From IMG/VR virus record IMGVR_UViG_3300033475_000062, positions 1 through 43,091 of that record: a stretch of DNA of 43,091 nt. The stretch is one strand, 5' to 3'. The notes below the pieces were generated by a model. That model was not told the origin of the DNA and made no database searches. It was given only the letters and a program-made list of their open reading frames with translations. This document shows positions 36,529-43,091 of this stretch, piece after piece. The translations under genes and the position numbers were made by a program. Positions within the stretch are counted from its first letter, which is position 1. Each line of letters starts with the position of its first letter. Source of the stretch: a virus. Its lineage: Duplodnaviria > Caudoviricetes.

Positions 36529-36666
36529 ATGATCGACAAGGAACCTCACACGCCTTCTGACAGCCCGATGTTCGGGGGAACCAGCGAGATGATTCTGGGC
36601 GCCCTGGCCATCGCCACCCTGGTCGCAGTTGCGGTCTCCATGGTCCTCACGGCGCTCAGCTCATGA
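36529..36666 (+). CDS. Small single-TM protein, 45 aa (not in the ORF track)
   Basis: MIDKEPHTPSDSPMFGGTSEMILGALAIATLVAVAVSMVLTALSS. Its stop overlaps the xis ATG. Confidence 0.45.
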   Translation: MIDKEPHTPSDSPMFGGTSEMILGALAIATLVAVAVSMVLTALSS

Positions 36667-37058
36667 CCGACGAACTGCTCACCCTTGCCCAGGTGTGCGA
36701 GCGGCTGAAAGGCAAGATCGGCAAGACAAAGCTTGTCGCCCACATCAAGGCTGTGCCACGTTTCGCCGGCGGTCCGACATACCGCAGGATTGGCGCCAAA
36801 TATCTGTTCACCGAGGCTGATATCGCCCGGATCGTGGAGAGTCTCGCATGCCCGGATCAACAGGCATCAAAGCCGTCAAGCGCCCTGGCACGTCCGTCTT
36901 CTATGCCCGCGGCACCGTCCGCGGACAGCGAGTTTACGAAAGCACTGGCACTGCTGACCCCGAGCAAGCCAAAGCCTATTGCGCGCTCCGCGAGGCCGAG
37001 CTCTGGCAAAGTAGTGTCTTTGGCACCAAGGCTGCGGTCCCCTTCCCACGCGCCGTAA
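36663..37058 (+). CDS. xis: Excisionase-like HTH protein
   Basis: LLTL.QV.ERL ... RRIG.KYLFT..DI..I winged helix. The C-terminal tail overlaps int by 211 nt. Confidence 0.75.
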   Translation: MTDELLTLAQVCERLKGKIGKTKLVAHIKAVPRFAGGPTYRRIGAKYLFTEADIARIVESLACPDQQASKPSSALARPSSMPAAPSADSEFTKALALLTPSKPKPIARSARPSSGKVVSLAPRLRSPSHAP

Positions 37059-37981
37059 CCGCCTTCATTCAGGCGCATCAGCCGTCCGAACCCGATCAGA
37101 AGCGCCTCAAGGCATTGCTGCTGCATTTCAAGACCACGACACTCGACAAGATCGACCAGGAAGCGCTCGACCGTGCCTACCAGGTACTGCTGCCGGCGAA
37201 CGCGTCCAACGCCAACAAATTGCGCACCGTGCTCGCCCCGCTGCGCGCCGTGCTCAACCATGCCGCCAAGCGCAAATGGTGCGACGTCCCGAAATTCGAC
37301 ATCCCCGTCCAGCCGCCTTCTCGTGTGGCCTTCCTACGCCCCGACCAGGCGACGTCGCTGATCCAGCATGCGGCGCCGCATCTGCGCCCGCTGCTGGCCT
37401 TCTGCCTATTCACCGGGGCACGCCTTTCCGAGGCGCTCGAGCTGCAGTGGGAGGACGTTGATCTATTCGCTGGCCGCGTTGTGTTCCGCGATACCAAGAA
37501 CGGCCGTGAACGCCATTACGACCTGCCGCCGGCGGCGATCGCCAGCTTGAGCGCGATTCCGCACCGCTGCGGCAATGTGTTTTTGACCCGAGAAGTCCGC
37601 AACAAGGCTGGCAGGGTAGTGATCAAGGCCGCTGCCTATCACAACAATGACCGCCAGGCCGGCGGGCAGATCAAGACCGGCTGGGCGATCGCCTGCCGCC
37701 ATGCCGGCCTGCCCGGCCAGTGGGTTGAGTACAAGCACCGCGTCACAGGAAAACCGAAGCGCCGCTGGACCTCTGAATTCACCCCGCACGACATGCGCCA
37801 CACCTGGGCCACCTGGCATTATTGCCTGCACAAGGACCTGCTGCTGCTGCGCAACGAAGGCGGCTGGCAGAGCGTCGACCAGGTCGAGATCTACGCGCAC
37901 AAAATGCCGGATGCCTACCGGCCACAGATCGAAGCGTTCCTCGCCGGCACGCCGGCCGGGCCGGTTCGGAAAGAGGCATAG
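36848..37981 (+). CDS. int: Tyrosine recombinase, phage integrase
   Basis: The catalytic set is intact: TGARLSE (R), TKNG (K), HDMRH (H-x-x-R), GGW and IYAH (Y). N-terminal arm-binding domain Y.RGTVRG.RV.ESTGT. Confidence 0.95.
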   Translation: MPGSTGIKAVKRPGTSVFYARGTVRGQRVYESTGTADPEQAKAYCALREAELWQSSVFGTKAAVPFPRAVTAFIQAHQPSEPDQKRLKALLLHFKTTTLDKIDQEALDRAYQVLLPANASNANKLRTVLAPLRAVLNHAAKRKWCDVPKFDIPVQPPSRVAFLRPDQATSLIQHAAPHLRPLLAFCLFTGARLSEALELQWEDVDLFAGRVVFRDTKNGRERHYDLPPAAIASLSAIPHRCGNVFLTREVRNKAGRVVIKAAAYHNNDRQAGGQIKTGWAIACRHAGLPGQWVEYKHRVTGKPKRRWTSEFTPHDMRHTWATWHYCLHKDLLLLRNEGGWQSVDQVEIYAHKMPDAYRPQIEAFLAGTPAGPVRKEA

Positions 37982-38034
37982 ACGCCCGGGTAGTCTTTTT
38001 GTTCGTGGGATTCGCGTGCAGAGACGCAATGTGA

Positions 38035-38084
38035 AAGAAAAGTTTTAAAAAGTTTTTTGCTACTTTTTGCTCACAAAAAGTAGC
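38035..38084. repeat. AT-rich hairpin / REP-like element between convergent genes
   Basis: GCTACTTTTTG-CTCA-CAAAAAGTAGC (38059-38084), preceded by AAAAGTTTT repeats. Confidence 0.55.
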
Positions 38085-38091
38085 TCGGGGA

Positions 38092-38403
38092 TTAGGAGGA
38101 TTCAGGAGGGCCGCTGATCGCGATCTGGTGCCCGGGTTCAGCAGCCACATCGATGTAAGGCGCCGGAAGATCGCGCCGAGACGGCAGCGCATCGGCAGGC
38201 ACGGGGCCATCCATAATGCGGACAGTTGGCGAAATGCCGAGAGGTAAATTGTTGTAGTAGGTCTGCCGCAAGCGCTCGATTGCGGCTTCCTCTTCAAGCC
38301 ATACTTCGACCGTGATGCACCTGGCCGTCTCGTCAGAAACTCGCGCGCCGATTACGCCCGGCTGGCAGAGGGTCATGTTCCTGACGTCCGTAAGAGTTAC
38401 CAT
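38092..38403 (-). CDS. Hypothetical protein
   Basis: GGAG RBS before the ATG; 103 aa. Confidence 0.55.
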   Translation of the reverse strand: MVTLTDVRNMTLCQPGVIGARVSDETARCITVEVWLEEEAAIERLRQTYYNNLPLGISPTVRIMDGPVPADALPSRRDLPAPYIDVAAEPGHQIAISGPPESS

Positions 38404-38429
38404 GTCGGCTCCGGGCAGTTGTGGGACTC

Positions 38430-38606
38430 GATTCAGCTAAGCGAGGCGACGGCAGATAGTGCGGCTGCAGTCATGGACTATCGCTGTGGCATTGTGACGT
38501 TGGCAGCGGGACAACCTTTCGGCTTGCTGTGCGTAGCCACCCCTCGATTCGGTGAGCAGGGCCGGATTATCTCCTACCGGCTTCCGTCGCCTCACTTAGC
38601 GGAATC
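38430..38606 (-). ncRNA. Putative structured RNA (or MITE-like element) closed by 26-nt inverted repeats
   Basis: GATTCAGCTAAGCGAGGCGACGGCAG (38430-38455) pairs with CTTCCGTCGCCTCACTTAGCGGAATC (38581-38606), with several internal hairpins. Confidence 0.55.
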
Positions 38607-38799
38607 AGGCAGCGGCAGCCGGCGTACCAGCGGACCGAGCGCGCACGCCCAACACCTCGATACCGATGACGGAGCCCTTAGCGTCAACGTCCAGGATCAC
38701 GCCCGGTTCAATCTCGCGGGTCTCTGCAACCGGCGTTCCCTTTGGCGCGATCTGCACATAGAGGGCGTCCGCTTCGGGGTCGTAGTTGGTCGAGATCAT
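38605..38799 (-). CDS. DUF2283-family protein, putative antitoxin
   Basis: YDPEADALYV ... T.EI.PGVILD.D..G.VIGIEVL pattern. Confidence 0.9.
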   Translation of the reverse strand: MISTNYDPEADALYVQIAPKGTPVAETREIEPGVILDVDAKGSVIGIEVLGVRARSAGTPAAAA

Positions 38800-39038
38800 A
38801 GCTTCATTCCTCTATCAAAAAACGCCGTGATCACCAGAATATCGGCACCATCCGGGCGATGAACAACCCGGAGAATACGCCCATCAGCCTCAGAAATCTT
38901 CCGATAAGAACGGGTCAGGCTCGGGTCGCGCGGGTCAACGGCGCGGGAGTCCGGGGCCTCGATCGCGCTCACAACCCATGCCAGGGCGATGCCCCGGTCG
39001 GCAATCATTTCTTCGGCATGGGTGGTGAGCTTGATCAT
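38796..39038 (-). CDS. DUF4258-family protein, putative RelE-like toxin
   Basis: T.HA.EM...RGI...WV...I..PD ... GR.LRVV ... VITAFFDR pattern, coupled to DUF2283. Confidence 0.88.
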   Translation of the reverse strand: MIKLTTHAEEMIADRGIALAWVVSAIEAPDSRAVDPRDPSLTRSYRKISEADGRILRVVHRPDGADILVITAFFDRGMKL

Positions 39039-39095
39039 GATTGCAATCTATCATCTGTTATGTCATTCTGTCAACATGACAACAGGTGCGAGATA
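39039..39095. promoter_or_regulatory. Divergent overlapping promoters with res-like inverted repeat
   Basis: Plus strand TTGCAA(39041)-17-CATTCT with extended TG. Minus strand TTGACA(39074)-18-TAGATT ends 6 nt before the toxin ATG. TGTCAT...ATGACA inverted repeat at 39061-39081. Confidence 0.6.
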
Positions 39096-39704
39096 GTGCG
39101 ACTAGGATACATGAACGAAGCGCCGGGTTTGCCAAGCCTCAAAGAGCAGAAGGAGGCGCTGCGCGGCGCGGGCATCGATGACTTTAGCGACGAAGGCCCC
39201 GTGTGGTGTGACCGTGCCCAGAAGCGGCGAAAGTCTGGCGCCGAACCTCGGCCCGATCTGGCCGAGGCGTTGCGCGCCATGCGACCGGGCGATGAGCTTG
39301 CCGTGGCATCGCCGGCAGTCCTGGGCGGTTCGCGTGGTGCGGTCTTCGAGGTGCTGCAGGCCATCGGCAGGCGCGAGGGCGCGGTGTTCGATGCCAGCAC
39401 AGGGCAGGCCATACCGTGGAGCCCTGAGGCGCTGGCTGTGGTGGATTTCTGCAACCGGGCCGAGACACTGACCCGCAGCTTTGCGCTGGCCAAGGCGCGC
39501 GTCCGGCGGGCTGAAACCGGCCGCCTGGGCGGCACGCCTACGAAGCTCACGGGGAAGGCCAAGGAGGCCGCGCTGGCGATCTGGCTGGACCCGGCGCTGA
39601 CCGGCAATGCCGCCGCGGCGAAGATCGGGATCAGCCCGTCCACGGCCTATCGGAAGCTCGGGCCGCGCGATCAACCTATTTTTGGTAGAAAGGCAAAATC
39701 ATGA
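39096..39704 (+). CDS. Serine resolvase-like protein with C-terminal HTH, catalytic motifs degenerate
   Basis: The fold signature Q..AL...G, RP.L..AL...RPGD.L.V, G..GG.P and HTH GIS.STAYR is kept. YxRxS reads YMNEA and DRLxRS reads AVLGGS. Confidence 0.8.
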   Translation: MRLGYMNEAPGLPSLKEQKEALRGAGIDDFSDEGPVWCDRAQKRRKSGAEPRPDLAEALRAMRPGDELAVASPAVLGGSRGAVFEVLQAIGRREGAVFDASTGQAIPWSPEALAVVDFCNRAETLTRSFALAKARVRRAETGRLGGTPTKLTGKAKEAALAIWLDPALTGNAAAAKIGISPSTAYRKLGPRDQPIFGRKAKS

Positions 39705-39910
39705 GCGAAATTCTAGATGGTTTGCGCGAGACTGTCATGACCGACGAGGAAAACGATATTAGCCGATCCCTAAAGCGCGACATCACTGCCGTGCTTGAGT
39801 ATGTCGATCATATGGAAACCTATCTTGCCGGCGCCGGCCTGCTTGATCACTTCAAGCAGGTTTGGGCCGAAGGGCAGGCGATGAAAAAAGGAAGGCAGTC
39901 CACACCATGA
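39701..39910 (+). CDS. Small hypothetical protein (array gene 1)
   Basis: ATGA-coupled; ends RQSTP. Confidence 0.7.
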   Translation: MSEILDGLRETVMTDEENDISRSLKRDITAVLEYVDHMETYLAGAGLLDHFKQVWAEGQAMKKGRQSTP

Positions 39911-40260
39911 GCGGCATCCCGACCATAATCGAGCGCGCGGCGCGGGCTGCGGTTGCCGAGATCGAACGCGACGGGGACTGCTTCATTGCAGGCCCGACTG
40001 GCGACAGCCTTACGCCTGACGATGACCTAACCGAGGTCGTTATCGACGGTCGCCTTAATCTTCGAAAGGTCATCCGCGCCGCCATCGATGCCTACCTCGC
40101 CGCGTCTGACAGCGTGCTGATGCCAAGGGAGTTGGATGATGCGGCCTATAAGCGCGCAGCAAAGATCACAGGACTTGATGAGGTGTCCATACGCCTGGCC
40201 AAGGCCGCGCTTGTCGCGGAGATTGACCGGCGCGCCCTGACAGACGGAGAAAACAATTGA
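39907..40260 (+). CDS. Hypothetical protein (array gene 2)
   Basis: ATGA-coupled; IERAARA and IDGRLNL..V.RAAI motifs. Confidence 0.7.
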   Translation: MSGIPTIIERAARAAVAEIERDGDCFIAGPTGDSLTPDDDLTEVVIDGRLNLRKVIRAAIDAYLAASDSVLMPRELDDAAYKRAAKITGLDEVSIRLAKAALVAEIDRRALTDGENN

Positions 40261-40631
40261 GCCGAATGAAGCGCATACCGATCAAAGCCGCGAAGATTAT
40301 TGCTGACGAATACGGCTATGACCAGGTGGTAGTGATCGCTCGCCGGGTTGGCGAAGCTCATGAGCCGCACGGCGAGCATGTGACAACCTACGGCAAGGAT
40401 AAGGCCAACTGTTCCGTAGCGGCCAGGATGGGCGACTTCTTTAAGCACAAGTTGATGGGGTGGGCGGCACCAGAGGAAGAAATCAAAGTCCCGCAGCCCG
40501 GAGAGCGAGTGTACGAGTCCATGAAAGTCATGGCGCAATGCATGCTCGAAGCAACCGGGAAGCTGGATGTCGGCCTTCTATTCGCGACCGGGCTTGAGGC
40601 CCAAAAACATGAGAGGCAGTCCGTATCATGA
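40257..40631 (+). CDS. Conserved phage hypothetical protein (array gene 3)
   Basis: IPI.AAK.IA..YGYDQVVVIAR..GEHVTTYG; ends RQSVS. Confidence 0.75.
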   Translation: MSRMKRIPIKAAKIIADEYGYDQVVVIARRVGEAHEPHGEHVTTYGKDKANCSVAARMGDFFKHKLMGWAAPEEEIKVPQPGERVYESMKVMAQCMLEATGKLDVGLLFATGLEAQKHERQSVS

Positions 40632-40807
40632 GTGAAAGCGACAAGCGCCCAAAATCCATCTCCGTCCAGGCCGAAAGCCCGGATGGAACCAAGAAATGGT
40701 TTACCGGCTTCACTGCCGACGAATGGCGCAAAGATCGCGATGAATGCATAGCGCGCTTTGTGACTTGGGTTGATGCGATTATCCCTGACACAAAGGACAT
40801 CACATGA
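40628..40807 (+). CDS. Small hypothetical protein, 59 aa (array gene 4, not in the ORF track)
   Basis: ATGA-coupled on both sides; MSESDKRPKSISVQAESPDGTKKWFTGFTADEWRKDRDECIARFVTWVDAIIPDTKDIT. Confidence 0.7.
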   Translation: MSESDKRPKSISVQAESPDGTKKWFTGFTADEWRKDRDECIARFVTWVDAIIPDTKDIT

Positions 40808-41076
40808 GCATGACCCGCAAGCGTGCCCTAGATATCAATCGGCGCCTGTGCGCCGGCTATTTCGTTATCAACGGGCTCGGCTGCTTCACGATGCCTGACC
40901 TGAGCGACGTTTCACTGCAAGAAGCCGTCGAGGCGACCAAGATAATCGACGCAGATCCCGTGGTCGGCCGGGATGGGGGTGGAACCATAGTTACCTCGAC
41001 GATCGCAATCGAACAGGTGCCCTATTACTTCGCTCGTATCATCGAGCGCCAGGTGACAAATGAGGTCCAGAATTGA
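40804..41076 (+). CDS. Hypothetical protein (array gene 5)
   Basis: ATGA-coupled ORF. Confidence 0.7.
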   Translation: MSMTRKRALDINRRLCAGYFVINGLGCFTMPDLSDVSLQEAVEATKIIDADPVVGRDGGGTIVTSTIAIEQVPYYFARIIERQVTNEVQN

Positions 41077-41375
41077 GCATGACGCCCGAGGAAATGCATA
41101 CCGAGGCGCTGCGCCTGGCAGAGGAAGCCTTCGATTGCGATTTTGATCTGGAGCGCTACAGCGAACCGACCAAATCAGAGCGTATAGCCAATGCCATCGC
41201 CGCCTATACGAAAGCGCTATATGGTACGGTGCTTCCGCCACAGATGGCGGTCGTAATGGCGCGCCGGCTGACGCCGGAGGAGATCGCCGAGTTCGAGCAG
41301 AGCTGGGTCGCCCGCGCACCGCAGAGGGAAGGTTGCAAGATAGTCATGCTCGATGAAAGGCAGTCCATACCATGA
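41073..41375 (+). CDS. Hypothetical protein (array gene 6)
   Basis: TTGA-coupled; ends RQSIP. Confidence 0.7.
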   Translation: MSMTPEEMHTEALRLAEEAFDCDFDLERYSEPTKSERIANAIAAYTKALYGTVLPPQMAVVMARRLTPEEIAEFEQSWVARAPQREGCKIVMLDERQSIP

Positions 41376-41572
41376 GCGAAACATCAACGAAACTCAGTTT
41401 CCCGTGCAACATGAGCGGAGAGCGCGAAACTCTCGTCGTCTCTCGCATAGGCCGCTTCGGCGTGACCTTCGCCTACAATGAGGATGCTTCTGTGATCGTG
41501 ACGGGAGATGATCTTGTCCAGATACGCGATCTGCTGAACGAGGCTATCAAGGAGAGGCAGTCCACACCATGA
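41372..41572 (+). CDS. Small hypothetical protein (array gene 7)
   Basis: ATGA-coupled; ends RQSTP. Confidence 0.7.
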   Translation: MSETSTKLSFPCNMSGERETLVVSRIGRFGVTFAYNEDASVIVTGDDLVQIRDLLNEAIKERQSTP

Positions 41573-41976
41573 GCATCGAGAGAGCCCGCTATATCGAGGT
41601 AGAGGCTGGCGTGCGCTACTGGGAGGGCTCCACTCTAAACGGTGAAGTTGACGAGGATGGCAACATACCTCGCCGCAAGAGAGATGCATGGTGCCCGGTC
41701 ATCGAATTGGAAACGGGGCGCGTTATCGACTGGCCGCCCGGAACCACGGCGGATATTCACTATAAGGTCTGCGACGACGGCCGGTATTGGTTGCTTGATG
41801 CCTCTGGCGCAGGTCTGGCTAAGTGGAAGGGATATTATGTCCCTAACTCCATTCTGTGCGTCAACGATAACGGGTACGGCGACTATATCATCATGAAGAT
41901 CGGCGGCGATGGGTTGGTGATCGGATGGAAGAAGCCGGACATTGATGCGGACCAGTGGGAGATGGTCGCCAAATGA
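41569..41976 (+). CDS. Conserved phage hypothetical protein (array gene 8)
   Basis: AGVRYWE...NG, DWP.G..A.IHYKVCD, GYYVP and GYGDYII motifs. Confidence 0.8.
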   Translation: MSIERARYIEVEAGVRYWEGSTLNGEVDEDGNIPRRKRDAWCPVIELETGRVIDWPPGTTADIHYKVCDDGRYWLLDASGAGLAKWKGYYVPNSILCVNDNGYGDYIIMKIGGDGLVIGWKKPDIDADQWEMVAK

Positions 41977-41999
41977 GTTGTTGCAGAATCTGCAACAAC
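41977..41999. terminator. Hairpin closing the small-gene array
   Basis: GTTGTTGCAG-AAT-CTGCAACAAC, between convergent genes. Confidence 0.55.
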
Positions 42000-42016
42000 C
42001 ACCCAAGGGGACGCAC

Positions 42017-42829
42017 TCACCCAAATAACGAGCCGCCGGCACCCTGATTGCTGATCAAGACCTCACCTGCCACGCTCTGGGCTTTGCCGTTGACCGAATA
42101 GCCCACCTCTACCGCGTCGATCGTGAAGGCGGCAAAGATCGCCCGAATCTCCGGCGTATCGTTGAGGGAGAGCAAGAAACGGCCTTTGATGCCCGCGAGG
42201 ATCTCGGCCAGGCGCTGGAAATCCGCTGGCGCGAACACCCCTTCGCCATAATCGGTCTCGCAGCCCCAATACGGGGGATCCAGATAGAACAGGGTCGCGG
42301 GCCGGTCATAGGTCGCGATCAGCTCGTGATAGGGCAGGCGCTCGATGACGACGCCGGCGAGGCGCTCATGAACGTCTTCCAGCACTGCGGCGAGCCGGGT
42401 GATGTCAAACCGCGCCCCGCCGCTCAAGGTGACGCCAAAAGTGCGGCCGGCGATCTTTCCCCCGAAGGCGGTGCGCTGCAGATAGAGAAAGCGCGCAGCG
42501 CGCTCCAGATCCGTCAGCGTGTCGGGCGCCGCCAGGCGCAGCCGCTCGAACTCCGCTCGGCTCGTTAGCTGCCATTTCAGCATGTCGAGGAAGGCGACGT
42601 AATGGCGCTGCAGGATGCGAAACAGGGTCACGACGTCGGTGCTGATATCGTTGATCACCTCGATGTCCGCGCGCCACGGCCGGCGCAGAAAAATGCCACC
42701 CATGCCGATGAAGGGCTCGACATAGCATTCGTGGCGGATCTCCGAGAGACGCTGGATGACACGGGCGGCGAGCTTGCGTTTGCCGCCCAGATACGGGGCG
42801 ACGGGCGTGGTGGCGCGAATTGACTCCAT
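42017..42829 (-). CDS. DNA adenine methyltransferase (D12/Dam class)
   Basis: PYLGGKR.LA, YVEPF.G.GG, EVINDI, LTD.ERAARFLYLQ and FYLDPPYW motifs. Confidence 0.95.
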   Translation of the reverse strand: MESIRATTPVAPYLGGKRKLAARVIQRLSEIRHECYVEPFIGMGGIFLRRPWRADIEVINDISTDVVTLFRILQRHYVAFLDMLKWQLTSRAEFERLRLAAPDTLTDLERAARFLYLQRTAFGGKIAGRTFGVTLSGGARFDITRLAAVLEDVHERLAGVVIERLPYHELIATYDRPATLFYLDPPYWGCETDYGEGVFAPADFQRLAEILAGIKGRFLLSLNDTPEIRAIFAAFTIDAVEVGYSVNGKAQSVAGEVLISNQGAGGSLFG

Positions 42830-42849
42830 CAGAGTTTCCAGTCTTGTGA

Positions 42850-42951
42850 CCCCGCCTCCGGCCGGAGGTGCGGGGCGGTTCATCCGTGCGAGTGCGAGCT
42901 CGCGGCTCAAGCTGTTGACGCAGCTTAGCCCCCGCGCTTTGGCGCGGGGGC
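42850..42951. ncRNA. Structured leader / possible cis or antisense RNA upstream of the methyltransferase
   Basis: Hairpins at 42850-42875, 42909-42926 and 42928-42951, and a palindrome at 42894-42903. Confidence 0.5.
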
Positions 42952-42968
42952 AGACCAACGAAAATCGC

Positions 42969-42989
42969 ATCCGTGCACCATGCGTGCAG
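42969..42989. repeat. Putative integrase arm-type site, right
   Basis: Identical 21-mer to 226-246. The two copies flank the core in the predicted attP. Confidence 0.7.
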
Positions 42990-43047
42990 GATCCGGGCGA
43001 AAATCGTCTAACAGATTGAATTGTCGGGAAAATTTAAGGGGCTGGAA

Positions 43048-43089
43048 CTTCATTACCAATGAAGTGCTCTACCCCTGAGCTATGACAGC
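43048..43089. repeat. att core, right copy (truncated 5' half of tRNA-Thr)
   Basis: Identical to 85-126. Identity stops at the end of the anticodon stem, so the T-arm and 3' acceptor strand are missing. Confidence 0.95.
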
Positions 43090-43091
43090 GC

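Larger units (their letters stand above)
39893..41574 (+). repeat. Dispersed junction repeat AGGCAGTCC-RYAYC-ATGAGY (4 copies)
   Basis: Copies at 39893-39912, 40614-40633, 41358-41377 and 41555-41574. The first and last are identical over 20 bp. Confidence 0.9.
85..43089. mobile_element. Complete temperate prophage (lambda-like head, Mu-like contractile tail) integrated in tRNA-Thr
   Basis: 42-bp terminal direct repeats, an intact tyrosine integrase, and a full set of immunity, replication, packaging, head, tail and lysis genes with no obvious disruptions. Confidence 0.95.

Noticed and set aside
38505-38545. c-di-GMP-I riboswitch-like words (ACGCACAG, CCGAAAGG) on the minus strand
   Set aside because: The GGGACGCAAAGCC junction and second stem of that class are not present.
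38419-38862. 147-aa plus-strand ORF across the structured element and antitoxin
   Set aside because: It has a TTG start without a good RBS, is antisense to DUF2283, and shows no recognisable motif.
39893-41574. CRISPR array or classical integron attC sites
   Set aside because: The repeats are about 20 bp, separated by whole genes of irregular length, and not palindromic. There are no cas genes, no GTTRRRY/RYYYAAC attC hairpins, and the integrase is not recognisably IntI.
43048-43089. Second tRNA-Thr gene
   Set aside because: Only nt 1-42 are present, with no T-arm or 3' acceptor strand. It is the att duplication.

Overview
The window is essentially one complete, apparently intact ~43 kb temperate prophage of a GC-rich alphaproteobacterium (it encodes GcrA; an Acetobacteraceae-type host is a guess). 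It is bounded by a 42-bp direct repeat (85-126 and 43048-43089) that is the 5' half of a tRNA-Thr(GGT) gene; the intact tRNA is at 52-126 on the minus strand. The minus strand carries a lambdoid switch and replication block (cro, cII-like, gcrA, dnaB, initiator, Q-like). This is followed by a lambda-type head module, a Mu-type contractile tail, a tail fibre and an atypical lysis region, with an O-acyltransferase moron inserted antisense. The plus strand carries the repressor and an early operon (YfdP/YfdQ-like, ParB-like, adenine MTase, xis, tyrosine integrase). The ~5 kb between the integrase and attR is the most unusual part. It holds a large structured element, a DUF4258/DUF2283 toxin-antitoxin pair, a catalytically degenerate serine resolvase, and eight small Met-Ser-starting genes joined by a repeated junction motif that looks like a gene-cassette array. 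It ends with a second adenine MTase that has a structured leader. Product calls come from motif recognition and synteny only; no database searches were run.
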